A DNA stretch of 64,000 nt from Solirubrobacterales bacterium (GTDB lineage: Bacteria; Actinomycetota; Thermoleophilia; Solirubrobacterales; 70-9), in assembly GCA_035764245.1 (NCBI GenBank), contig DASTZP010000004.1, positions 54,171-118,170 on the forward strand. Reading direction: 5' to 3'. How positions within the stretch are numbered: position 1 is the stretch's first letter; the number at the start of each line of letters is the position of its first letter. The translations under genes and the position numbers were made by a program. Shown here piece after piece: positions 36,250 to 44,721 of this stretch. The notes under the pieces are model-generated. The model ran no database searches and was not told where the DNA came from. It saw only the letters and a list, made by a program, of their open reading frames with translations.

Positions 36250-36723
36250 TCAGTCCGGGTCGTTTTCAGTGCGCTCGGCGCGGCGCTTGACGGCGGCGAG
36301 CAGGCGCATCGTCACGAGGACGTGCATGCGGGTGCCGATCACGGCCCCGCGGTAGAGCCGGCCGGCGGCGCCGGGGAAGCGGGCCCACGTCTCCGCCCGC
36401 AGCCGCGTCGCCCCGCCGTCTCCGCTCAACCGGAAGACGAGCGCGTATTCCGAGTATCGGTGCCGCCCCACCAGCGCCAACTCGGACCCCGGCGCCGCGC
36501 GCGCCACGACGAAGCCGGGGATGGCCGATCCCGCGGCCAGCGGTCGCGGCCCGGAATCTTCGGTCGACTCGCAACCGACCAGGCGGGCGAATCGGGACGC
36601 AAGCGGCGAGGAAAACGACCCCGCGACGACCTGGCAGAGCGACTCCCAGACGACCTCGGCCGGTGCTTCGACGTCCACCCCGTGCTCGTCGACGAACGGC
36701 AGGGAGTCGGGGCCGGACCGCAT
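36250..36723 (-). CDS. SRPBCC (polyketide cyclase/START-like) family protein
   Basis: MRSGPDSLPFVDEHGVDVEAPAEVVWESLCQVV...RLRAETWARFPG. This is a weak by-eye resemblance. The start is codon 45 of the track ORF. Confidence 0.5.
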   Translation of the reverse strand: MRSGPDSLPFVDEHGVDVEAPAEVVWESLCQVVAGSFSSPLASRFARLVGCESTEDSGPRPLAAGSAIPGFVVARAAPGSELALVGRHRYSEYALVFRLSGDGGATRLRAETWARFPGAAGRLYRGAVIGTRMHVLVTMRLLAAVKRRAERTENDPD

Positions 36724-36754
36724 CGGCGCGATCGTACCCTCATGATCCCTGCCG

Positions 36755-37270
36755 ATGAGGCGGTGGGGACTGATCGCGGCCGGGTTGGCGACCCTCCTGC
36801 TCCTCTGGGCGATGTCGCCGATGGAGGACCGGATGCAGGCCAATGGGCCGGGCATGGTGACCTTCGAGCTGAGCGGCGGCCAGGAGCGCGCCGACGAGAT
36901 CCTCGCCGAATGGGGCGAGGACGGACGCGACGCCGCCCGCGAGCAGCTCTGGATCGACTACGCCTTCATGCTCGCCTACGGCACCTTCCTGGCCCTGGCG
37001 GCCGCCGCCGTCCGCGACCTCTGTCGCCGCCGCGACCTCCAGCGCCTTACCGTCATCGGCAACAAGGCGATCTGGTTCGGCCCGCTCGCCGCAGCCTTCG
37101 ACGCCCTCGAGAACGCCTGCCTCCTCCTCACCGTCGACGAAACCGGGGCGGCCTTCCCCCTCCTGGCGACGATCTTCGCCTCGATCAAGTTCGCGCTACT
37201 GGCGGCAGCGATCGCCTACCTGCTCGCCGGCGGCGCAGGGCTGCTGCGGAACCGCGCCCCCAGCCGCTAG
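36755..37270 (+). CDS. hypothetical membrane protein
   Basis: Four hydrophobic helices (GLIAAGLATLLLLWA, YAFMLAYGTFLALAAAAV, AIWFGPLAAAFDALENACLLL, LLATIFASIKFALLAAAIAYLLAG). Confidence 0.6.
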   Translation: MRRWGLIAAGLATLLLLWAMSPMEDRMQANGPGMVTFELSGGQERADEILAEWGEDGRDAAREQLWIDYAFMLAYGTFLALAAAAVRDLCRRRDLQRLTVIGNKAIWFGPLAAAFDALENACLLLTVDETGAAFPLLATIFASIKFALLAAAIAYLLAGGAGLLRNRAPSR

Positions 37271-37283
37271 GGTCGGCCCACAG

Positions 37284-37538
37284 ATGCCCGGACCAAGACG
37301 CGCCACTCAACGCAAAGAGCCTCAGGACTTCGGCTGGGTGATCTCCTTCGGCTGCAAGACCACGGGCACCCTCCGCCGCCTCAAGGTCGACACCGACCCC
37401 TCTTCCGACACCAGCCCGATCGAGGTCCCCTGCCCCTGCGGCGAAACCCACCGCGTCACCGTCTCCCCTTACCGACGGCGACGTGCAGCCGACGAGCCCT
37501 TCGACCTCGAGGTCAAATCGCTCGACGAGCTTCGCTGA
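37284..37538 (+). CDS. small hypothetical protein with possible Cys knuckles
   Basis: GC3-rich frame. Contains FGC...CPCGETH. No family recognised. Confidence 0.45.
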   Translation: MPGPRRATQRKEPQDFGWVISFGCKTTGTLRRLKVDTDPSSDTSPIEVPCPCGETHRVTVSPYRRRRAADEPFDLEVKSLDELR

Positions 37539-37629
37539 CCTGGACCGCCGCCCACGGCTTGCCGAAGACCAAGTAGGAAACCTTGACTAATCGACTTCCG
37601 AATGGTAGGGCTGAGTCAAGCAGTCAACT

Positions 37630-38889
37630 TTGGAGGGCCCGGTGCCGTTACGCAAGCTCCTCATCCCTGTCCTCGCCCTGACGTCCCTGCTTGCCTTTGC
37701 GAGCGCGGCACGGGCGACGACCTTCTTCGACGCCGGGTACTACCCGGCCGAACTCAAAGGTGCGCAGACGACCACCCTCGTCTTCAAAGTCGATGGCCAG
37801 GCCGCCCAGTGCAATAGCGCCACCTTCAGCGGCACGCAGAATGAACCCTTGGATGCGATCGAACTCGAAGCATCCTTTTCCAATTGCACCGCGTTCGGGT
37901 TCTCGGGTGCGACCGTGACGATGAACACCTGCAAGTTCAAACCCAACGCGGACACCTCAACCAACGGCTTCATTTGCGGCGAAACCCCAATCAAGATCAA
38001 ATCCTCCGCCTTCGGCAGCACCTGCGAAGTCCAGATCGGGGAATCCGGCAACACGAAACTCTCGAAATTCTCAGCCAGCACCGTCAATTCGTCCCCGAAA
38101 ACCGTCTCCGGCAAATTCGAACTGACGGGGATGGCCGCCAACAAAACGGCCGATACCGGGCTCTGCCCACTCTCCGGGGCCGGCAATACCAATAATGCGA
38201 CGTTGAATGGCACGATCGCCCTCGAAGCGATCGGCGCCGGAGCCAAAGTGAAATTCGTGGTCGAAGCGTTCGCCCCGCCGGTGCTCTGCAAAGTGAACAC
38301 CGCCCCCTGCGCGGCCGAAGACACCTATCCCGTCAACACGTCCATGCGCGCCCAGGTGACGGGCGCCGAACGACCGACCTTCAAATTCGATTACGACAAA
38401 GTCGCTATATCCGTCAAATGTGAAGAATCCGAACTGCAGCCGACAACCGACGCAAATGGCGTTGCCACCTTGAACGCTGTGGTGAATATTTTTTCCTTCA
38501 GCAAATGCAATGGCAAAGAAGAAAAATGCACCGTCGCGACGTCCCCCAAATACAAGATGATGATGCTGAGGAGCGAACAGGCGCAGGGCAACGGCCGAGT
38601 CGAGATAGTCAAAGGTGGGGGCGGAGCGGACCCGACGTTCACCATCAATTGCGAACATAAAGACCCTTGTGCCTACGTTGCCCCGGTTCTTGCGGGGAAT
38701 TTCAAAGGGGGAAACCAGAACGCGGAGCTGAAGTTGGACAAACGAGAAGGCATCAATCCCGCGCCAGGCAACGCGGCCAAATGCGGTCCCAGCCTGACGT
38801 TTGAAAATGACCTCTACAATCTGCTTGAACCGCAAGAAGGCGAACCTGAAAATGCCATAAAAGGCATAGCCTTTTTGATCTCCTCCTGA
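37630..38889 (+). CDS. secreted two-domain cysteine-rich protein (N-terminal domain paralogous to 31631..32257)
   Basis: TTG at 37630 or GTG at 37642 as start. Signal peptide LLIPVLALTSLLAFASAARA. Lower-GC codon usage. Shares FGSTCEVQIGESGNTKL and TGLCPLSGAGNT. The second half has a different Cys pattern. Confidence 0.75.
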   Translation: MEGPVPLRKLLIPVLALTSLLAFASAARATTFFDAGYYPAELKGAQTTTLVFKVDGQAAQCNSATFSGTQNEPLDAIELEASFSNCTAFGFSGATVTMNTCKFKPNADTSTNGFICGETPIKIKSSAFGSTCEVQIGESGNTKLSKFSASTVNSSPKTVSGKFELTGMAANKTADTGLCPLSGAGNTNNATLNGTIALEAIGAGAKVKFVVEAFAPPVLCKVNTAPCAAEDTYPVNTSMRAQVTGAERPTFKFDYDKVAISVKCEESELQPTTDANGVATLNAVVNIFSFSKCNGKEEKCTVATSPKYKMMMLRSEQAQGNGRVEIVKGGGGADPTFTINCEHKDPCAYVAPVLAGNFKGGNQNAELKLDKREGINPAPGNAAKCGPSLTFENDLYNLLEPQEGEPENAIKGIAFLISS

Positions 38890-39647
38890 GCGACCGATCG
38901 ACACCGACGCTGATCACGATCCCGATCAGCCACTACTGCGAGAAGGCTCGCTGGGCGCTGGATCGGGCGGGGATCGCTTATGAAGAGCGGGCGCACCTCC
39001 AGATCCTTCACTGGATTCCCGTCGCTCGTGCCGGGGGAGGGAAAACGGCGCCCGTGCTCGTCTGGGGCGATCGGGTCTTCGCCGAGTCGGCTGACATCGT
39101 CGAGGAGGCAAGCGCGCGGGCGCGATCCGACCGTGCCCTGTTCCCCGACGAGCCGGCCGCCGCGGCCGAGGTCCGGGCGCTGCAGCGCGACTTCGACGAG
39201 GTGCTCGGGCCCGAGGGTCGCAGGTGGATGTACTTCAACATCCGCGGCCGGCGCGACATCGCGGTCGCCTATGCCTGCACCGGCGTCCCTGCTTGGCAGC
39301 GCCGAGCGCTGCCGCTGGCCTACCCACTCGTGTCCCGGATCATCGACCGCTACCTCGACGTCACCCCGGCCGGCGCCGAACGAGCGGAGTTGGCGGTACG
39401 CGGGACCTTCGACCAGGTCGCCGAGCGGCTCGCCGACGGCCGTCCCTACCTCTGCGGCGAGCGCTTCAGCGCCGCAGACCTCACCTTCGCCTCCCTGGCG
39501 GCGTCGCTGCTGATGCCGCCCGAGTACGGCGTGCCCCTCCCGCAGCCGGACGAGCTACCGCCCGCCATGGCCACGAAGGTCCGCGAGCTCCGCGCTCACC
39601 CGGCCGGCGAGCACGCCCTGAAGATGTTTCGTGAAGAGCGGCGCTAG
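38886..39647 (+). CDS. glutathione S-transferase-like protein (5' end uncertain, no canonical start codon)
   Basis: The track ORF starts at GTG 39054. However, the in-frame upstream sequence TLITIPISHYCEKARWALDRAGIAYEERAHLQILHWIPVARAGGGKTAPVLVWG is a clear GST N-terminal thioredoxin-like domain. Only CTG or ATC codons are available between the in-frame stop at 38847-49 and residue T(38907). Confidence 0.7.
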   Translation: MSDRSTPTLITIPISHYCEKARWALDRAGIAYEERAHLQILHWIPVARAGGGKTAPVLVWGDRVFAESADIVEEASARARSDRALFPDEPAAAAEVRALQRDFDEVLGPEGRRWMYFNIRGRRDIAVAYACTGVPAWQRRALPLAYPLVSRIIDRYLDVTPAGAERAELAVRGTFDQVAERLADGRPYLCGERFSAADLTFASLAASLLMPPEYGVPLPQPDELPPAMATKVRELRAHPAGEHALKMFREERR

Positions 39648-40750
39648 GCGAACTCGATGACGCTGCGGATCCCGTCCTGGGCCTCCATCAGCTCGAAGCC
39701 CCGGTTGACCTCGTCGAGGGCGATCCGGTGGGAGACGAACGGGTCGAGGTCGATCTCGCCCGCCAGGTAGCGGTCGATCAGGACCGGAACCTGGTCGCGG
39801 CCCTTGACGCCGCCGAAGGAGGAGCCGGCGATGCGGCGGCCGGTGATCAGCAGGCGCGGGACGACGTCGAGGGTCTCCCCCTTGCCGGCGACTCCCGCGA
39901 CCGTGCATAACCCCCAGGCCATCCGCGCCGCTTCGACCGCCTGGCGCATCACCGCGACGTTGCCGGTCGCCTCGAAGGTGTAGTCGGCACCGAAGCCGTC
40001 GGTCATCTCGAGGATCCGCTCGACCGCCCCCTCCCCGCCCTCGATGAGGTCGGTCGCGCCCTGGCCGCGGGCCAGCTCCAGCCGCTGCGGCGAGAGGTCG
40101 ACGCAGATGATCCGCTCGGCCCCCTGCAGGCGGCAGCCGGCGACCGCCCCGAGCCCGACCATGCCGGCGCCGAAGACGGCGCAGGTGCTGCCGGGCCGCA
40201 CGGCGGCGGTGTTGATCGCGGCGCCGAGCCCGGTCGAGAGCCCGCAGGCGAAGAGGCAGGCGTGCTCGAACGGGGCCTCCGGGCTGACCTTCGCCAGCGC
40301 GATCTCCGGCATCACCGTGTACTCGGCGAAGGTCGAGCAGCCCATGAAGCTGCGGATCTCCTCGCCGTCGCGGGAGATCCGCGTCGTCCCGTCAGGAAGG
40401 TGCCCCTTGTTCTGCTCCTCGCGGATCGCCAGGCAGAGGTTGGTGCGCGGGTCGAGGCAGTGGACGCACTCGCGGCACTGGGGCGAGAAGAGCGTGACCA
40501 CATGGTCGCCCACCGCCAGCGAGCCGACGTCCGGCCCGACCGCCTCGACGACGCCGGCGCCCTCGTGGCCGAGCACGGTCGGCGCATACCCGGACGGGTC
40601 GGCCCCGGAGGCGGTGTAGAGGTCGGTGTGGCAGACGCCGCAGGCGTGCAGGCGGACCAGGACCTCCCCGGCCCGCGGCTCCGCCAGCTCGACCTCCTGC
40701 ACGGCGAGCGGCTCCCCGAACTCCTCCAACACGGCGGCGCGCATCTTCAT
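39644..40750 (-). CDS. zinc-dependent alcohol dehydrogenase, class III / mycothiol-dependent formaldehyde dehydrogenase-like
   Basis: CGVCHTDLY, GHEGAGVVEAVG and GAGMVGLGAVAG (Rossmann fold). I prefer the start MKMRAAVLEE. The 3' end overlaps the convergent GST by 4 nt. Confidence 0.85.
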   Translation of the reverse strand: MKMRAAVLEEFGEPLAVQEVELAEPRAGEVLVRLHACGVCHTDLYTASGADPSGYAPTVLGHEGAGVVEAVGPDVGSLAVGDHVVTLFSPQCRECVHCLDPRTNLCLAIREEQNKGHLPDGTTRISRDGEEIRSFMGCSTFAEYTVMPEIALAKVSPEAPFEHACLFACGLSTGLGAAINTAAVRPGSTCAVFGAGMVGLGAVAGCRLQGAERIICVDLSPQRLELARGQGATDLIEGGEGAVERILEMTDGFGADYTFEATGNVAVMRQAVEAARMAWGLCTVAGVAGKGETLDVVPRLLITGRRIAGSSFGGVKGRDQVPVLIDRYLAGEIDLDPFVSHRIALDEVNRGFELMEAQDGIRSVIEFA

Positions 40751-40792
40751 ACCGGCACCACCGTACACCCGGCCCAGCCCCCCTGCCCCCGC

Positions 40793-42769
40793 TCAGACCT
40801 CGACCAGCGAGCCCATGATCACCGTGCGCTCGCGCGGCAGGGCGAAGTAGTCGGCGGCGTCGGCGCTGACGTGGGAGCTGGCGAGGAAAAGGCGCTTGCG
40901 CCATCGCGCCATGCCCGGGGCGTCACCGGGGCGCAGCTCGATCGTCGAGAGGTAGTAGGAGGCGTCCTCGACCTCGACTCCGAACGCCAGCGGGCCGGCG
41001 GCGGCCTGGCGGAGCGCGGCCGGGACGTCGGGCTGCTCCATGTAGCCGAAGCGGGCGGTGAGGTGGCTGATGCCGTCGTCGCCGTAGCCGAGGTCGTCGA
41101 CCGAGAAGCGCTCGTCGTCGGCGACCGCGGGAACCGGGAGCGTCTCGATCGAGAGGATCACGACGCGCTCGTGGAGGGTCTGGTTGTGCTCGACCGTGGC
41201 CCGCATCGCCAGCGGCGTCGTCGCCTCGTTGCGGTTGAGGAAGACGGCGGTCCCGGGGGAGCGCCACAGCGGCGGCCGGCGGCGGTGGAGCTCGTCGACG
41301 AAGGTCCGCAGGCAGCCTTCCTGGCGCTCGCGCCGCTCGGAGACCAGCCGGCGACCGCGCTGCCAGGTCGTCAGCAGCGCGAAGACCGCCACCCCGACCA
41401 GGAGCGGGAACCAGGCGCCGTGGACGAACTTGGTCAGGTTCGCGGCGAGGAAGAGCAGGTCGACGGCGAGGAAGGCGCCCGCCCCGGCAACCACCAGCCA
41501 GAGCGGCTTCCCCCACCGGTGGCGGACGATGTAGAAGAACAGCAGGGTGGTGATCGTGATCGTCCCGGTCACCGCCATCCCGTAGGCGAAGGCGAGCGCC
41601 CCCGAGGTGCGGAAGGCGAAGACCAGCGCCAGGACCGCCGCCATCAGCAGCCAGTTGATCCAGGGCATGTAGATCTGCCCCATCGTCTTCGCCGAGGTGT
41701 AGACGACCCGCAGGCGCGGTAGGTAGCCGAGCTGCACAGCCTGGTGGGCGACCGAGTAGGCGCCGGTGATGACCGCCTGGGAGGCGATCACCGTGGCCAC
41801 GGTCGCGAAGAAGATCATCGGCACCCGGCCCCATTCGGGGACCAGCAGGAAGAAGGTGCCGCTGGAGTTGGCCCCCGGCTGGTCGAGGAGGATCGCCCCC
41901 TGGCCCATGTAGTTGAGGATCAGCGCCGGGAAGACCAGCGCCAGCCAGGCGGCGGCGATCGGCAACCGGCCGAAGTGGCCCATGTCGGCGTAGACGGCCT
42001 CGGACCCGGTGATCACCAGCACCACCGCGGCGAGCGCAAAGAACGCGGTGCCGAAGTTGCCGAAGAGGAACTCGAGCGCGTAGGTGGGTGAGAGCGCGGC
42101 GAGGATCTCCGGGTGCGCGGCGATGCCCGACAGCCCGCAGGCGGCGAGGACCAGGAACCAGAGGACCATCACCGGGCCGAAGAGGCGGCCGACCGCCGCC
42201 GTCCCGTAACGCTGGGAGGCGAAGAGGACGACGACGATCGCCGCCGTCAGCGGCACCACCAGGCTCGCCAGCGAGGGCTCGACCACCTTCAGCCCTTCGA
42301 CCGCGGAGAGGACCGAGATCGCCGGGGTGATCATGCTGTCGCCGAAGAAGAGCGCGGCGCCGAAGACACCGAGCGCCGCGAGCACGACCTTGGTCCGCCG
42401 CCCGCCCGGCAGCCCGTCGCGCTGGATCAGCGTGATCAGGGCCATGATGCCGCCCTCGCCCTCGTTGTCGGCCCGCATCACCAGGAGCACGTACTTGAGC
42501 GTGACGACGATCGTCACCGCCCAGAAGATCAGCGAGATGACGCCGTAGACGCTGGCCCGCGTCTCCGCCACCGGGTGTGGATCGGCCGGGTTGAAGACCG
42601 TCTGCACCGCGTAGAGGGGGCTGGTTCCGATGTCGCCGAAGACGACGCCGACGGCGCCGAGCGCCAGAGCCGCCTGGGCGCCGCCGCGGTCGCGGAGGCG
42701 GCCGAGCGCGCCGCGCCTGCCCGGCGGGGCGGCGAGACCGGGGTGCTCCTCGGCGGTGGAGACGGACAC
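40793..42769 (-). CDS. kup: KUP/HAK/KT family potassium transporter
   Basis: VVFGDIGTSPLYAV signature and 12 TM-like helices. C-terminal cytoplasmic domain ending GSLVEV. Confidence 0.9.
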   Translation of the reverse strand: MSVSTAEEHPGLAAPPGRRGALGRLRDRGGAQAALALGAVGVVFGDIGTSPLYAVQTVFNPADPHPVAETRASVYGVISLIFWAVTIVVTLKYVLLVMRADNEGEGGIMALITLIQRDGLPGGRRTKVVLAALGVFGAALFFGDSMITPAISVLSAVEGLKVVEPSLASLVVPLTAAIVVVLFASQRYGTAAVGRLFGPVMVLWFLVLAACGLSGIAAHPEILAALSPTYALEFLFGNFGTAFFALAAVVLVITGSEAVYADMGHFGRLPIAAAWLALVFPALILNYMGQGAILLDQPGANSSGTFFLLVPEWGRVPMIFFATVATVIASQAVITGAYSVAHQAVQLGYLPRLRVVYTSAKTMGQIYMPWINWLLMAAVLALVFAFRTSGALAFAYGMAVTGTITITTLLFFYIVRHRWGKPLWLVVAGAGAFLAVDLLFLAANLTKFVHGAWFPLLVGVAVFALLTTWQRGRRLVSERRERQEGCLRTFVDELHRRRPPLWRSPGTAVFLNRNEATTPLAMRATVEHNQTLHERVVILSIETLPVPAVADDERFSVDDLGYGDDGISHLTARFGYMEQPDVPAALRQAAAGPLAFGVEVEDASYYLSTIELRPGDAPGMARWRKRLFLASSHVSADAADYFALPRERTVIMGSLVEV

Positions 42770-42849
42770 GCTCCGATCATGCGCCCGCCCCCGTCAAGCC
42801 CGCGTGAAGACGAGCCGCCTCCGCATACAGATTTCGTGAAGATCGCCGC

Positions 42850-43530
42850 TCAGACGGCGAAGCGGTAGCCGACGCCCGGGTCGGTGCGGATGTAGCGCGG
42901 GCCGTCGGGCGGCTCGATCTTGCGGCGCAGGTTGGCGACGTGGGCGCGGAGCACCTGCAGGTCGTCTTCGTACTCCACCCCCCAGACCTCGACCAGCAGC
43001 GCCCGGTGAGTCATCAGGCGGCCGCGGTTGCGGACGAGCACGCGGAGCAGCTCGAACTCGGTCGGCGTCAGGTGGACCTCCTCGCCCTCGCGGCGCACGC
43101 GGCGGGCGGCGAGGTCGACCTCGAGCCCCTCGACCGCGATCGCCGGCTCCTCGGTCTCGGGGCGGGCGCGGCGCAGCGCCGCTTCCAGCCGCGCCACCAG
43201 CTCGCGCGGGCCGAACGGCTTGGTCACGTAGTCGTCGGCGCCGGCGGCCAGCGCCTCCACCTTCCTGTCCTCCTCGCCGACCGCCGAGAGGACGACGATC
43301 GGCATCTCGCTCCACTCGCGAATCCGCCGCGTCACCTCCACCCCGTCGAGGTCGGGCAGCATCAGGTCGAGGACGGCGGCCTGCGGCGGGCGCACCGCGA
43401 CCAGGTCGAGCGCCTCCTCGCCGCTGGCGGCGGGCACCGCCTCGAAGCCGGCGTCGCGGAGGATCACCCGCAGCGCCCGGACGATCTGCGGCTCGTCGTC
43501 GCAGACGAGGATGCGGCGCCGCTCGTTCAT
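42850..43530 (-). CDS. OmpR-family response regulator, KdpE-like
   Basis: ILVCDDEPQIVRAL, LDLMLPDLDG, REWSEMPIVVLSAVGEEDRKVEALAAGADDYVTKPF, and a winged-helix C-terminus RTDPGVGYRF. Confidence 0.85.
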   Translation of the reverse strand: MNERRRILVCDDEPQIVRALRVILRDAGFEAVPAASGEEALDLVAVRPPQAAVLDLMLPDLDGVEVTRRIREWSEMPIVVLSAVGEEDRKVEALAAGADDYVTKPFGPRELVARLEAALRRARPETEEPAIAVEGLEVDLAARRVRREGEEVHLTPTEFELLRVLVRNRGRLMTHRALLVEVWGVEYEDDLQVLRAHVANLRRKIEPPDGPRYIRTDPGVGYRFAV

Positions 43531-44669
43531 CCCTGCCCCTCGAGCGGGAAGGAGACGACGAAGGTGCTGCCCTGGCCGGGCACGCTCTCGACCGCGATCC
43601 TGCCGCCGTTGGCCTCGACGAACCCCCGCGCGATCGGCAAGCCGAGCCCGGAGCCGCCGCCGCCTTCGCGCCGATAGAAGGGTTCGAAGATCCGCTCCCG
43701 CTCCGGTTCCGGGATCCCCGGCCCCTGGTCGACGACTCGCACGACCAGCTCGCCGCCGACCGTGCCCCAGCGCACCAGGACCGGCTCACCGCCGCCGTGG
43801 CGAACCGCGTTGGCGAGGAGGTTGGCGAAGGCGCGTTCCAGTTGGACCGGGTCGGCGGTCAGCGCCGGGGTCTCGCCGCCGATCCGCAGCTTCACGGCGC
43901 CGGCGGCGTCGTCGCCGAGCGACTCCCGCGCCGCCTCCAGGACCCCCGGCAGGTCGACGGGCTCCAGCCGCGGCTCGGCGGAGCCGGACTCCAGCCGCGA
44001 GACGTCGAGCAGGTTCTCGACCAGCCGCGAGAGCCTCTCCCCTTCCGCGACCACCCCCTCGCTCAGCTCCTGCCGCTCGCCCTCGGTCAGGGTCGGCGAG
44101 GCGAGCGCCGTGCCGGCGGCGATGATCGAGGTCAGCGGGGTCCGCAGGTCATGGGAGACCGAGCGCAGCAGCGCCGTCTTCAGCTCGTCGCTGCGACGCA
44201 GGGCGCCGGCCTCGATCGCCTCCGCCTCCATCCGGTCACGCTCCGCCGCCAGCTCCCGCGACCGCGCCAGCACCCGCTCCGTCTCCTCCCGTCGCCGCTC
44301 CGCCTCCGCGGCCCGAGCCCGCGCGACCTCGGCCAGCGAGCTGCTGGCAAGGGCGACGATCACGAAGACCACCAGGGCGACCGCGTCCTTGTCGGCGGCG
44401 ATCTCGAGCTCCCCAGTCGGCGGCAGGTGGGACCAGTTGAAGGCGAGCGCGCTGAGGACCGCCGCCAGCAGCCCCAGCCGCCACCCCCAAAAGCTCGAGA
44501 CCAGCAGGACCCCCGGGATGTAGACGATCCCCAGCGACACCGCGGGAGCCACCGACCTCAGGGGGTAGATCAGCAGCGTCGAGGCGGCGACGACGCCCAG
44601 CGTCGCCACCCACCCCCAGCGAGAGGCGGGTTGCTCGGCACCTATTCCCGGCGACAGGCGATGCGGCAC
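43527..44669 (-). CDS. sensor histidine kinase resembling the C-terminal half of KdpD (TM block + HisKA + HATPase_c)
   Basis: DUF4118-like TM block, H-box SVSHDLRTPLTSI, N/G boxes LLANAVRHG, VVDQGPGIP and GSGLGLPIARG. There is no N-terminal KdpD/Usp domain. 4-nt overlap with the regulator gene. Confidence 0.85.
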   Translation of the reverse strand: MPHRLSPGIGAEQPASRWGWVATLGVVAASTLLIYPLRSVAPAVSLGIVYIPGVLLVSSFWGWRLGLLAAVLSALAFNWSHLPPTGELEIAADKDAVALVVFVIVALASSSLAEVARARAAEAERRREETERVLARSRELAAERDRMEAEAIEAGALRRSDELKTALLRSVSHDLRTPLTSIIAAGTALASPTLTEGERQELSEGVVAEGERLSRLVENLLDVSRLESGSAEPRLEPVDLPGVLEAARESLGDDAAGAVKLRIGGETPALTADPVQLERAFANLLANAVRHGGGEPVLVRWGTVGGELVVRVVDQGPGIPEPERERIFEPFYRREGGGGSGLGLPIARGFVEANGGRIAVESVPGQGSTFVVSFPLEGQG

Positions 44670-44721
44670 GCCGTCAGCGTAGTCCTCAGCGGGCCGACGC
44701 CGACCGCGTAGGCGTGGTCGC

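Noticed and set aside
42770-42849. A possible c-di-AMP (ydaO/kimA-type) riboswitch upstream of kup.
   Set aside because: - The gap to the upstream same-strand regulator gene is only 80 nt.
- I could not recognise the conserved pseudo-symmetric ydaO helices.
- Co-transcription with the two-component genes is the simpler reading.
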